Source of the DNA: Deltaproteobacteria bacterium
GTDB lineage: Bacteria; Myxococcota_A; UBA9042; DTJE01
Reading direction: 5' to 3'
Length of the DNA stretch: 64,000 bases
Assembly (NCBI GenBank): GCA_029547805.1
Contig: JAKPOP010000010.1
Location: forward strand, 209,675-273,674
Each line of letters begins with the position of its first letter. Position 1 is the stretch's first letter. The notes beneath the pieces are model-generated. The model ran no database searches. It saw nothing but the letters and a program-made list of their open reading frames with translations, and was not told where the DNA came from. Shown here piece by piece: positions 21,421-31,086 of the stretch. The position numbers and the translations under genes are program-made.

Positions 21421-24400
21421 GTGCGAGGCAGGAACTGGTGGATGAGCGCGACGCTGGTGCTGCTGGTTGCCTGCGACCAGGGCGGAGGCGGTTCCACCGA
21501 CGCCCGGGACCCTGGACCGGGGGACACGGCCGACGAGATCCCGGACCTCCCGGTCGTCATCAACCCCGATGACGGCCCTCGGGACGTCCGCGAGACCCTG
21601 GTCGAGGACCAGGGTTCGGGGCCTGACGATGCGGGACCGGACCTCCCGGCGGACCCGGGTGGAGACACCCTCGAACCGGGGGCCCCGGGCTGGCCCTGCG
21701 AGAGGGCCTCGGAGTGCAACTCCCAGTACTGCATGGACTCCCCCGATGGGAGGGTCTGCGCACAGATCTGCATCACCGAGTGCCCGGAAGGGGCGCGGTG
21801 CCTCCAGGTCCAGCAGGTCCCGGACCCCATCTTCGCCTGTGTCTATGTGTTCGCACGACTCTGCCGCCCGTGCATCCAGGACGCCGACTGCGTGGTGCCC
21901 TACGTCCCGGGAACCTCGGGATGCGTCCCCGGGGACCTGGGGTCCTTCTGCGGGGCCTTCTGCAACCGGGACCAGGACTGCCCTGCCGACTTCGGCTGCC
22001 GCGAGGTCCGCCTGGCCGGCGGCCTCCAGGTGAACCAGTGCGTACGCCTCCAGGGAGAGTGCGGATGCAGCCAGGCGGCCATCGAGGCCAAGGGCTGGAC
22101 GGTGTGCTGGGTCGAGAACGAGTTCGGCCGCTGCCGGGGCCAGCGGCGCTGCGAGGAGAACGGCCTGACCCCCTGCGATGCGCCCACCCCGGCCCTGGAG
22201 GCCTGCGACGGGGTGGACAACGACTGCAATGGCGTCACCGACGATATCGAGTCGAAGCCCTGCCTGGTGCGGAACGAGTACGGGTCCTGCCCCGGGCTCT
22301 CGGGCTGCCGCCTGGGTCAGGAGATCTGCGTGGGGACGCCGGCGGCCCCGGAGGCCTGCGACGGGGTGGACAACGACTGCGACGGCCTCACCGACGAGGA
22401 GGATGCCTCAGGGTGCCGCACCTACTACAAGGACCAGGACCAGGACAACTACGGGGTCCTCCAGGACAACCGGTGCCTCTGCGCCCCGCAGGCCCCCTAC
22501 CGGACCACCGCGGCCGGGGACTGCGACGACGAGGACCCGGAGCGGCATCCCAACCTGGCCGAGTCCTGCGACGGCAAGGACAACAACTGCAACGGGGTCA
22601 CTGACGAGCCCGGGACCCAGGGGTGCACGACCTTCTATCGGGACGGCGACGGCGATGGCTACGGAGTCACGGCCGACTCCCAGTGCCTCTGCGTGGCGAC
22701 GGCCCCCTATCTGGCCACCCAGGGAGGCGACTGCAACGATCAGAACCTGGACGTCCACCCGGACGCCCTCGAGACCTGCAACAGCCGGGACGACGACTGT
22801 GATCGGTTGATTGATCCGGAGGGGTCATACAACTGCCAGTCCTATTACTACGACGGGGACGGCGACGGTTTCGGGGCCAGGAACCGCCCGGCCCGGTGCC
22901 TCTGCTGGCCCGACAGGGCGGGGAAGTACACCGCCCTGACGAACACGGACTGCAACGACGGCGACCGGCAGGTCAGCCCGGCGCAACTGGAGCAGTGCGA
23001 GGACGGCATCGACAACGACTGCGACGGATTCACCGACGAGCCGGGCGCACAGGGATGCACGAACCGGTGGATCGACGAGGACCGGGACGGGTGGGGTGGC
23101 GGGGATCCCCTGTGCACCTGCCAGGCCGAGGCTCCCTACCTGGTAGAACGGGGCGGCGACTGCCGGGACCGCGACGCCTCGATCAACCCCGGAGAGAGCG
23201 AAGCGTGCGGGGACGGCATCGACAACAACTGCAACGGGGCCACCGACGAGGAGGGGGCCTCGGGGTGCGTGAACCGATGGGAGGACCTCGACCGGGACGG
23301 GTACGGCCAGGGCAGCCCCCGCTGCCTGTGTGCCGTCGAAGGGACCTACACTGCCCGTTACGGAGGCGACTGCGACGAGAACGACGCCACCCGGAATCCC
23401 GGGGCCTTCGAGGTCTGCGACGGCATCGACAACAACTGCAACGACGTCGCCGACGAGGAGGACGCCATCGGCTGCTCGCCCTGGTACTACGACTTCGACG
23501 GCGACGGCCACGGGGCCGTCGGGTCGGGGCGCTGCCTCTGCGGGTCGGCAGGCTTCTACCGGTCCCAGGATGACCGGGACTGCAACGACCGGGACCCCGC
23601 CATCGGTCCCCAGGCCACCGAGGTCTGCAACGGGGTGGACGACAACTGCGACGGGGCCACCGACGAGGAGAACGCGCAGCAGTGCCAGTCGTATTTCTAC
23701 GATGGGGACCGGGACGGCTATGGGTCGATGGTGGTGGCGTCCCGCTGCCTCTGCGGCCCGGACATCCCCGGGAAGTTCGACACCCGGAACGGGGGCGACT
23801 GCGACGACGGCAATGCCAATGTCCGTCCCGATCAGCCCGAGGTCTGCGAGCCCGAGGGTCAGGCCTCCCGGGACGACAACTGCAACGGCATCCTGAACGA
23901 GGAGAACGCCCTTTACTGCCTGAACTACTACTACGACGGAGACCGGGACGGTCATGGGACGCCTGATCGGTCCCCCAGATGCTTCTGCTCGGGTGGCAAC
24001 GCCGCCCTGAAACATGACAGCCGGTTCTCGGACGACTGCGACGACAACGACCCGCTGACCTCCGGAGGCCTGCTGGAACGCTGCAGCGACGGCAAGGACA
24101 ACAACTGCAACGGGGCCACTGATGAGGAGGGCGGAACCGGATGCCTCCCCTACTACCGGGACAACGACCGGGACGGCTACGGGGCCATCGGGGACTACCG
24201 ATGCCTCTGCGCGCCGGACCCCCTGGGGGTCTATGTCGCCTCGGAGGGCGGGGATTGCGACGACATGGACGGCAACACCCACCCCGGCGGAGCGGTCTGC
24301 GGCAAGGACGGCAACTGCGACGAAGCGCCCCTGGACCCGGGCGAGGCCTGCGACGACGGCAACGCCGTGTCCTGGGACGGGTGCACGAACTGCCAGTTCT

Positions 24401-25545
24401 CGGAGATCCGGGTCAACTCGCCCTATGTGAACGACCAGGTGTACCCGGCGGTGGCCCCGCTGGCCTCCGGAGGATACGTGGTGACCTACCGGACGGACCG
24501 GATCTCCACGAGTTACGACGTCGCCTTCCGGCTGATCGATGACCAGGGGAACCTGGTCGGCACCACCGAAAGCACCGCCAATGCCACCACGGCGGGCACC
24601 CAGCAGTTCCCCTCGGTCGCCGCGCTGCCCGGTGGCGGTTTCGCGATCACGTGGGAGTCCCTGGGCCAGGATGGCGACGGGAGCGGCGTCTATGGCCGGG
24701 TCTTCAACGGCTCCGGCTCTGCGACAAGCGGTGAATTCCTGGTCAACGGGACCACGCTGCTGGACCAGAAGGCGCCCCGGGTCGGGGCCCGGCCCGACGG
24801 GTCCCTGGTCGTGACCTGGCAGTCCTGGCTCCAGGACGGCTCTGAGTGGGGGGTCTATCTGCGCCGCATGGGTGTCGATGGAGTCCCCCTGGGGCCCGAG
24901 ACCCGGGTGAACCAGACGACGGCGGGGCCCCAGGACCAGCCTCGGGTCGCGGTGCTGCCGGACAACCGGTTCGTGATCGCCTGGAGGGGGCTCGTGTCCC
25001 GTGGAGGCTCCTCCACGGACCGGGACATCTTCCTGCGGCGCTACCTGGCCGACGGGACCCCAGATGGCAACGAGTTCGTGGTCAACGCCACCACGACCAA
25101 CGACCAGCAGGTGCCGGGCGTGGCCCCCCTGGGCAGCGACCAGGTGATCGTCGTCTGGGAGTCCTCGGGACAGGACGGCAGCGGAACGGGGGTCTACGGG
25201 CGCATCGTGGGAATGGACGGCACCTTCAAGACCAACGAGTTCCGGGTGAACTCCTATGCCTTGCAGGACCAGGGGATTCCCGCGGTGGCCTCCAACGCCG
25301 CTGGCCAGTTCGTGGTGATCTGGCAGTCGGCCTACCAGGACGGCGACGGCCTCGGGGTCTACTACCAACGCTATGATGCGACCGGCACCCCCATCGGCCT
25401 GGAGACCCGGCCCCACCTCCAGACGGCCAACGACCAGGCCCAGCCGGTCATTGCCGCCCAGAGCCTCCACTTCCTGCCGGTCTGGGCCTCCTTCGGACAG
25501 GATGGTTCGGGGTGGGGGATCTTCGCCCGGCGCCAGACCTGGTAG
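21421..25545 (+). CDS. Giant secreted lipoprotein with 13 tandem MopE-like putative metal/calcium-binding Cys-rich repeats, one myxo disulfide repeat and seven 55-aa C-terminal repeats
   Basis: A GTG at 21421 (or the ATG at 21442) gives [18 protein letters not shown] with a lipobox. Repeats follow: C..YY.D.D.DG[YFW]G....C.C..P..Y......DCDD.D....P.A.E.CDG.DN[DN]C[DN]G.TDE, then [15 protein letters not shown], then VN.T...Q..P.VA.L..GGFVV.W.S..QDGSG.GVYGRR ×7. Clear third-position GC bias. Confidence 0.85.
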   Translation: MRGRNWWMSATLVLLVACDQGGGGSTDARDPGPGDTADEIPDLPVVINPDDGPRDVRETLVEDQGSGPDDAGPDLPADPGGDTLEPGAPGWPCERASECNSQYCMDSPDGRVCAQICITECPEGARCLQVQQVPDPIFACVYVFARLCRPCIQDADCVVPYVPGTSGCVPGDLGSFCGAFCNRDQDCPADFGCREVRLAGGLQVNQCVRLQGECGCSQAAIEAKGWTVCWVENEFGRCRGQRRCEENGLTPCDAPTPALEACDGVDNDCNGVTDDIESKPCLVRNEYGSCPGLSGCRLGQEICVGTPAAPEACDGVDNDCDGLTDEEDASGCRTYYKDQDQDNYGVLQDNRCLCAPQAPYRTTAAGDCDDEDPERHPNLAESCDGKDNNCNGVTDEPGTQGCTTFYRDGDGDGYGVTADSQCLCVATAPYLATQGGDCNDQNLDVHPDALETCNSRDDDCDRLIDPEGSYNCQSYYYDGDGDGFGARNRPARCLCWPDRAGKYTALTNTDCNDGDRQVSPAQLEQCEDGIDNDCDGFTDEPGAQGCTNRWIDEDRDGWGGGDPLCTCQAEAPYLVERGGDCRDRDASINPGESEACGDGIDNNCNGATDEEGASGCVNRWEDLDRDGYGQGSPRCLCAVEGTYTARYGGDCDENDATRNPGAFEVCDGIDNNCNDVADEEDAIGCSPWYYDFDGDGHGAVGSGRCLCGSAGFYRSQDDRDCNDRDPAIGPQATEVCNGVDDNCDGATDEENAQQCQSYFYDGDRDGYGSMVVASRCLCGPDIPGKFDTRNGGDCDDGNANVRPDQPEVCEPEGQASRDDNCNGILNEENALYCLNYYYDGDRDGHGTPDRSPRCFCSGGNAALKHDSRFSDDCDDNDPLTSGGLLERCSDGKDNNCNGATDEEGGTGCLPYYRDNDRDGYGAIGDYRCLCAPDPLGVYVASEGGDCDDMDGNTHPGGAVCGKDGNCDEAPLDPGEACDDGNAVSWDGCTNCQFSEIRVNSPYVNDQVYPAVAPLASGGYVVTYRTDRISTSYDVAFRLIDDQGNLVGTTESTANATTAGTQQFPSVAALPGGGFAITWESLGQDGDGSGVYGRVFNGSGSATSGEFLVNGTTLLDQKAPRVGARPDGSLVVTWQSWLQDGSEWGVYLRRMGVDGVPLGPETRVNQTTAGPQDQPRVAVLPDNRFVIAWRGLVSRGGSSTDRDIFLRRYLADGTPDGNEFVVNATTTNDQQVPGVAPLGSDQVIVVWESSGQDGSGTGVYGRIVGMDGTFKTNEFRVNSYALQDQGIPAVASNAAGQFVVIWQSAYQDGDGLGVYYQRYDATGTPIGLETRPHLQTANDQAQPVIAAQSLHFLPVWASFGQDGSGWGIFARRQTW
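22171..24396 (+). repeat. Tandem array of about 13 coding repeats (about 200 bp each) encoding the MopE-like Cys-rich modules
   Basis: The recurring nucleotide blocks tgcgacgg(g/c)gtggacaacgactgc(g/a)a(c/t)gg.gtcaccgacgag encode CDGVDNDC[ND]GxTDE. Confidence 0.8.
24412..25542 (+). repeat. Seven about 165 bp coding repeats (putative beta-propeller blades) at the 3' end of the giant gene
   Basis: Periodic protein motif ..VNxxTxxxQxxPxVAxLxxGGFVVxWxSxxQDGSGxGVYGRRF.. repeated seven times up to the C-terminus. Confidence 0.6.
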
Positions 25546-25581
25546 TCCTCAGGGGGAGTCCTCAGGGGACCAGACGCGGCT

Positions 25582-25612
25582 GAGCCGGGCCGCACGGCCG
25601 GGCCCTCGGCTC
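25582..25612. terminator. Imperfect GC-rich hairpin between convergent genes (possible bidirectional terminator)
   Basis: gagccgGGCCgcacGGCCgggccctcggctc, with outer arms GAGCCG/CGGCTC. It lies between the giant gene stop (25545) and the phasin gene stop (25630). Confidence 0.3.
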
Positions 25613-25629
25613 CCAAGGGAAACGGGGAA

Positions 25630-26028
25630 TCACGCCTTGGCGCGGGGGGACCGGGAACGGGGCTTCCTGGGGGCGGCAGGGGCCTCCTTGGGCGGCTCGG
25701 GCTCCGCCGACGCCTCCCGCGGTGGGGCGGCCTCGGGCTTCGGGGCCGCTGCCTGGCGGGCCAGTTCCTCCTTGAGCCGAGCGACCTCCGTCTCCAGGCT
25801 CCGGACCACCGCCCGGAGGGAGGACATCTCGTCCCGGGTCACGAGTTCCAGCGTCCGGGCCACCAGGCGCACCTGGGCCTCCACGTTCTGCCGCATGTCG
25901 GCCTGGAGGTTCAGGGCCTGGGTCAGGAGCCCCTGGACCTTCTCGTCCTGGATCACCTTCAGGGCGATGGGCGAGAAACGCTGCAGCACCCCTTTCAGCA
26001 CGACGTCCCTCCACAACTCGAACACCAT
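25630..26028 (-). CDS. Phasin-family (PHA granule-associated) protein, coiled-coil with Pro/Ala/Lys-rich tail
   Basis: MVFELWRDVVLKGVLQRFSPIALKVIQDEKVQGLLTQALNLQADM..EVARLKEELARQ.. resembles TIGR01837 phasins. The ATG at 26028 is preferred over the TTG at 26061. Confidence 0.6.
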   Translation of the reverse strand: MVFELWRDVVLKGVLQRFSPIALKVIQDEKVQGLLTQALNLQADMRQNVEAQVRLVARTLELVTRDEMSSLRAVVRSLETEVARLKEELARQAAAPKPEAAPPREASAEPEPPKEAPAAPRKPRSRSPRAKA

Positions 26029-26147
26029 CGGTTCCTCCTGGATGATGCAACGGGCAGGCAATCATCCCAGACCCCCCGGACCCTGTCAAACCCCCTGGCC
26101 CGCCCCCATTTCGAGGGGGCCGTGCCATCTGGGAACGACAACTCGCA

Positions 26148-26176
26148 TTGACTTGGAGAGGCTCTCCATTACACTT
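26148..26176 (+). promoter_or_regulatory. Putative sigma-70 promoter for gap (TTGACT-16/17-TACACT) overlapping the palindrome GGAGAGgCTCTCC
   Basis: Seen in the divergent region between the phasin and gap genes. Confidence 0.3.
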
Positions 26177-26229
26177 CCTCCGGGACCGGACGGGACGTCC
26201 CCGTCCCATCCTTTTCATGGAGGTGAACG

Positions 26230-27282
26230 ATGGAGCGCAAGATCCGCATCGCAATCAATGGCTTCGGGCGCATCGGCCGGCTGGTGGCCCGGGCGGCCCT
26301 GGAACAGGGCGGCTTCGAGGTCGTGGCGATCAACGACATCCTGGACCCGAAGGACTACGCCAAGGGGGTTCGATTCCACGCGAAACTGTTCCAGTTCGAC
26401 TCGGCCCATGGGCGCTTCCAGGGCACGGTGGAGCCCACCGAGAACCAGATCATCGTCAATGGCCAGCCCATCGACGTCCTGTCCTTCAAGACCCTGGAGG
26501 AACTCCCCTGGGGCAAGTACGACCTGGACTTCGTGGTGGAGTCCACGGGCGTCTTCCGGAAGCGGGAGCAGATCGAGACCCACCTGCGAAACGGCGCGAA
26601 GCGGGTGCTGCTCACGGTGCCGCCCAAGGACTCGGTGGACCACATCACCGTGATGGGCGTCAACGACCACGAGTTGCGGCCGGAGCACCGGCTGATCTCC
26701 AACGCCTCCTGCACCACCAACTGCCTGGCGCCGGTGGTGAAGGTGCTCCACCGGGAGTTTGGACTCGTCCGAGGCTTCATGACGACCGTCCACGCCTACA
26801 CGAACGACCAGCGCATCCTGGACCAGTTCCACAAGGAGGACCTGCGCCGGGCCCGCTCCGCCGGCGTGAACCTGATTCCCACCAGCACCGGCGCCGCGAA
26901 GACGATCGGGAAGATCATCCCGGAACTCGATGGTCGGCTGGACGGCCTGGCGGTCCGGGCCCCGGTCCAGGACGGGTCCCTGGTGGACTTCGTCTGTGAA
27001 CTGGAGCGCATCCAGGTCCAGGACCCCAAGGCGATGATCAGGGAGATCAACGCGGCGATGCGGAAGGCCGCCGAGACGGACCTCAAGGGCATCCTGGAGT
27101 ACAGCGAGGACGCCCTCGTCAGCACCGACATCATCCACAACCCGGCCTCGTCGATCTTCGACGCGAAGTCCACGATGGTGATGCCGAACAGCCGGATGGT
27201 GAAGGTCCTGTCCTGGTATGACAACGAGTGGGGCTACTCCTGCCGCTGCGTGGACCTCATGAAGAAGGCCGCGGCCCTCTGA
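26230..27282 (+). CDS. gap: Glyceraldehyde-3-phosphate dehydrogenase
   Basis: IRIAINGFGRIGRLV.. and ASCTTNCLAPVVKVL (catalytic Cys) and SWYDNEWGYS are unambiguous GAPDH motifs. Confidence 0.95.
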   Translation: MERKIRIAINGFGRIGRLVARAALEQGGFEVVAINDILDPKDYAKGVRFHAKLFQFDSAHGRFQGTVEPTENQIIVNGQPIDVLSFKTLEELPWGKYDLDFVVESTGVFRKREQIETHLRNGAKRVLLTVPPKDSVDHITVMGVNDHELRPEHRLISNASCTTNCLAPVVKVLHREFGLVRGFMTTVHAYTNDQRILDQFHKEDLRRARSAGVNLIPTSTGAAKTIGKIIPELDGRLDGLAVRAPVQDGSLVDFVCELERIQVQDPKAMIREINAAMRKAAETDLKGILEYSEDALVSTDIIHNPASSIFDAKSTMVMPNSRMVKVLSWYDNEWGYSCRCVDLMKKAAAL

Positions 27283-27324
27283 TCCTCGGGCGGCCGGCCT
27301 CGGCACCTGCCGAAGCCCGGGTTC

Positions 27325-28287
27325 CTACTGGACATCGGTGGGGCCTCGGCCAATCCAGGTGGTTGGTTCCCCGTCGTCGGCCGACAACATCCCGCGGTAC
27401 TCCTCCTGCAACTCCCAGAGACGCCGCCTGTCCTGGGCCCGCCGACGCTTTCGAACATAGGCCCACAGGAACAGGCCCACGATGAGGACCCACAGCACGG
27501 CGGACCCCGTCAGCACGTAGAGCCAGGACTCGAGGGGGCTGGTGGTCTGCCGAAAGACCTCGAACAGAGTCTCGGGAGAGGCCCCCCAGGTGGTGTCAAA
27601 GGCCAGGGGGAAGTCCATCCCGGTCCGCATCGCCTCAACCAGCCGCCCCACCCCGCGCCCCCCGGCCCGCCGGTCCAGCCACTGGAGGAACATCCGGGAC
27701 TGGGCGTAGGCCAGGTGCACGGCCGGCGGCCGGTCCGGAAAGGTGTCGTCCAGGTCCGAGAGGGGAAGGTAGGAACCGGTCGCTCCCGCCTCCAGGAAGG
27801 CCTTCAGGCGCATCGCCAGGGGCTCCCCGGCCATCTGCATTGCGAAGCCCTCGTGGAACCAGCGGGGCACCCGGCGTCCCCCGATCGCGGTCTCCAGGTA
27901 CAGATGCGCCAGTTCATGCACAAAGACATCCCGAGCCGAAAAGACCTCGTTGCCACGGGCCGACAGCACGATGCGCCCCTCGTGTGGCCAGGCCATGCCG
28001 GCAATCCACTCCCGGACCGGTCCTGCGCTCCCGACCGCCCGGGACATCTGCGCCTCGTCGGAGGCGATCCGGACCTCGATGACCCGTTCGTCGGAGACCC
28101 CGAGGCGATGCAGCAGCGCCTGCCGGATGTCCTCGGCCCGTTCCGAGAGGTTCCTGGCCAGTCCCACCGAGCCATCGTCCGGCAGAAGGACAAAGTGCGT
28201 CGTACGAATGCTGTCGGGGCCTTCCGAGGCCCGACCATCCACGGACCAGGCCATCGTCGCCAGGAGGAGTGCCAGGCGGGGACCCAT
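27325..28287 (-). CDS. Peptidase MA-family zinc metalloprotease (HExxH), secreted with C-terminal TM anchor
   Basis: Signal peptide MGPRLALLLATMAWSVDGRA, the zinc motif VFVHELAHLYLE and a C-terminal hydrophobic helix LYVLTGSAVLWVLIVGLFLWAYV. Confidence 0.7.
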   Translation of the reverse strand: MGPRLALLLATMAWSVDGRASEGPDSIRTTHFVLLPDDGSVGLARNLSERAEDIRQALLHRLGVSDERVIEVRIASDEAQMSRAVGSAGPVREWIAGMAWPHEGRIVLSARGNEVFSARDVFVHELAHLYLETAIGGRRVPRWFHEGFAMQMAGEPLAMRLKAFLEAGATGSYLPLSDLDDTFPDRPPAVHLAYAQSRMFLQWLDRRAGGRGVGRLVEAMRTGMDFPLAFDTTWGASPETLFEVFRQTTSPLESWLYVLTGSAVLWVLIVGLFLWAYVRKRRRAQDRRRLWELQEEYRGMLSADDGEPTTWIGRGPTDVQ

Positions 28288-28324
28288 CGTTCATCTCCGG
28301 ACTGACCCCTGCCGGGATCGGGAG

Positions 28325-29317
28325 TCACCGTGGCCGGCTCCAGAAGAAGCGCCCTTCCGAGGCCCCGACCTCCAGCAGGAAGCCGAAGGAGAAGACAATC
28401 CGGCCCTGTTCATCGACCAGGCCCGCCGGGGGGTTCGGGAAGGGGCCCGCCTTTCGGAAGGCCCGAACCGCCTCCTCGTCCAGGAAAGGCAGGCCGGACT
28501 CCCGCTTCACCTCCATCCGGAGAATCCTCCCCTCGGCATCCAGGGCCACGGCCAGGATGGTCAAACGGTCCCGTCGCCCGTAGATGCGACCGTCGGGGTC
28601 CCGGGCCGCGTAGAGGGGTCCCGGATTCCATTGGGACCGGACTCGTTCCTTCACCCGCTGGAAGAAGTCCCAGTACTTGAAGGACCGGGTGTTCACCAGC
28701 GTCGTGTCTCCCTCCTCGGGGACCCCCAGGAAGGCATCCCCCGTCACCACCCCCGCCGGCCCTCCCTCGCCGCCCGGGCCCTCACCGTCGTGATGCCCCC
28801 ACACCGGGCCCTGGCCGACTCCCCGCAAGCGGTCCAGCCCCGCCAGGATCCGATGCCCCCTGCCTCGGTCTGCGCCCCGGGAGACCGTCTCCGTCGCCTC
28901 CGGGGTCCCCGGCGGAGGGGATCCCGTTCCCTTCCCGGCGGGGGCTCCCGCGATCGGCCTCTCCCGGGTGTCTTCGGACCCGGGCACCGCACCGGCAGAA
29001 CGACGGGCCTTGCGTTCCCGATCCACCTTCCGGTCATGGCGGGCCAGGAAGCGGGCCTCTGTGGGCACCTCCTCCCGGTCGGGAGGCGGCAGGTCCACCA
29101 CCTGGCCCTCCAACGGGGCCGCCGGGGGAGCCACCTTCCGGGCCCGGTCCAGAATCCGCATGCGCACGGCCCTCTTCTCCTCGGGGCTGGGCGCCGTTTC
29201 TGGGTGCGTCCAGAGCCAGAGGGCCAGCAGGCTGTGGATCAGCAGCGAACAGGACAGGCCGATGACGAGGCTGCGACGGGAACCAAGGTCCGCCGGTCGC
29301 CTGGCATCCCTGTTCAC
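28325..29317 (-). CDS. tonB: TonB-family energy transducer (C-terminal TonB domain)
   Basis: N-terminal TM helix, a Pro-rich spacer and the C-terminal TonB fold (..RIYGRRDRLTILAVALDAEGRILRMEVKRESGLPFLDEEAVRAFRKAGPFPNPP..). Confidence 0.8.
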   Translation of the reverse strand: MNRDARRPADLGSRRSLVIGLSCSLLIHSLLALWLWTHPETAPSPEEKRAVRMRILDRARKVAPPAAPLEGQVVDLPPPDREEVPTEARFLARHDRKVDRERKARRSAGAVPGSEDTRERPIAGAPAGKGTGSPPPGTPEATETVSRGADRGRGHRILAGLDRLRGVGQGPVWGHHDGEGPGGEGGPAGVVTGDAFLGVPEEGDTTLVNTRSFKYWDFFQRVKERVRSQWNPGPLYAARDPDGRIYGRRDRLTILAVALDAEGRILRMEVKRESGLPFLDEEAVRAFRKAGPFPNPPAGLVDEQGRIVFSFGFLLEVGASEGRFFWSRPR

Positions 29318-29362
29318 GCCAACCTCCCCCGGGCCACCAGCCCCAGCCCCGCCGCAGGCTCT

Positions 29363-29782
<420 letters not shown>

Positions 29783-29919
29783 CGTCTCTCCAGGATCAGG
29801 CCTCCAGGAGTCATACTATCGGTCGCGTCCCGAGGCGGTCAAGGAACGACCGTCCTTTCCCCGGCGCCCGAAATGTGGCAGCATCCCGACGACGATCTTT
29901 TTCTGCAGAGGGGTCTCAG

Positions 29920-31086
29920 ATGTCCACCGACTCGTGCCCTGTGTCCCGAAACTGGCGCATCCTGCTGGGAGGCGTGGTGCTCGCAGCGGTGATGCTGCCC
30001 GTAGCGATCGCGTCGTGGGAGGCGGTCTCCCGTCAATGCAGCCTCTCCCGGCAGGTCCGGTACTGGGCCCGTCAGGGAGACGAGGCCTTCCAGAAGGGGG
30101 AGACCAGCCTGGCCGTCCAGGCCTACCAGCGGGCGCTTGCCCTCCAGGCCCATCGCCAGGACCTCGCCAATGCCATTGCCCGGGCTCGCGTCCACGAACT
30201 GGCCTGGCATCCCGATGGGCTGCGCACCGTGGACATGGACGAAGTGACGCTGGACCTCCAGGTGGTCGAGAAGGTCTTCCCGAAGGACATGGCCACTGTC
30301 CAGGCCCTCCGAGGCTTCATGGCTGCTGCCCAGGGCCGAATCTCCGAGGGGCAGGCCCTCTACAAGAAGGCCCTGGAACTGGACCCCGGCAACGGCCCTG
30401 CCCACCTGGGTCTCGCCCTGCTGGCCCGAAGGGACTCGAACCGGCTCGCCGAGGCCATCTCCGAACTGGAGGCGGTCCTTCAGGCCCGTCCCGACCGGGC
30501 GGACCTGAGGGCCCTGCTGGCCCGCACCCAGATGGACCGAGGCATGGCGGCCGAGGCGCTGAAGAACTTCGAGACCGCCGTTGAGAAGAGGCAGGAGGCC
30601 TCCTGGCTCCGGGACCTGGGTCAGGCGGCCCTGATGACCGGGGACGTCAACCGGGCGGTCCAGGCCCTGACCGACTCGAGCCGGTTGCAGGCCAGCGACC
30701 CCGAGACGTGGTCCCTCCTGGCCCAGGCCCACCTGTCGGCCAAGGCCTTTGACAAGGCGGAACAGGCCGCCAGGACGGCCCTCTCCCTCCAGGACAGCCC
30801 CTCGGCCGCCTATCGGCTCGCCGTGGCCCTGAACTCCCAGCAGAAGTTCCAGGAGGCGCTGCCCCTGTTGCAGCGGCTGGTGGCTCAGGGGAACGAGATC
30901 CTGCACTACTACGAGTACGGCGTGGCCCTCGCCGGCACCGGACGCACCCAGGACGCCCTCCGGGTGTTCCAGGGCATTGTCCAGTCGAGGCCCCCGGAGG
31001 ACCAGGTGGTGGCCCGGGTGGTGCAGCAGATCCAGGCCCAGGCCCAGAAGCGCATCGAGCAGCTCCAGGCATCCGGAGGCAAATGA
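29920..31086 (+). CDS. TPR-repeat protein with N-terminal TM/signal anchor
   Basis: MSTDSCPVSRNWRILLGGVVLAAVMLPVAIASW is followed by multiple 34-aa TPR-like helices (..AVQAYQRALAL.., ..ALYKKALELDPGN..). Confidence 0.7.
   Translation: MSTDSCPVSRNWRILLGGVVLAAVMLPVAIASWEAVSRQCSLSRQVRYWARQGDEAFQKGETSLAVQAYQRALALQAHRQDLANAIARARVHELAWHPDGLRTVDMDEVTLDLQVVEKVFPKDMATVQALRGFMAAAQGRISEGQALYKKALELDPGNGPAHLGLALLARRDSNRLAEAISELEAVLQARPDRADLRALLARTQMDRGMAAEALKNFETAVEKRQEASWLRDLGQAALMTGDVNRAVQALTDSSRLQASDPETWSLLAQAHLSAKAFDKAEQAARTALSLQDSPSAAYRLAVALNSQQKFQEALPLLQRLVAQGNEILHYYEYGVALAGTGRTQDALRVFQGIVQSRPPEDQVVARVVQQIQAQAQKRIEQLQASGGK

Noticed and set aside
22825-25470. 881-aa minus-strand ORF opposite the giant lipoprotein gene
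   Set aside because: It is antisense to a gene with unmistakable repeat/domain structure, has a Val/Ala/Gly-rich composition and no motifs.
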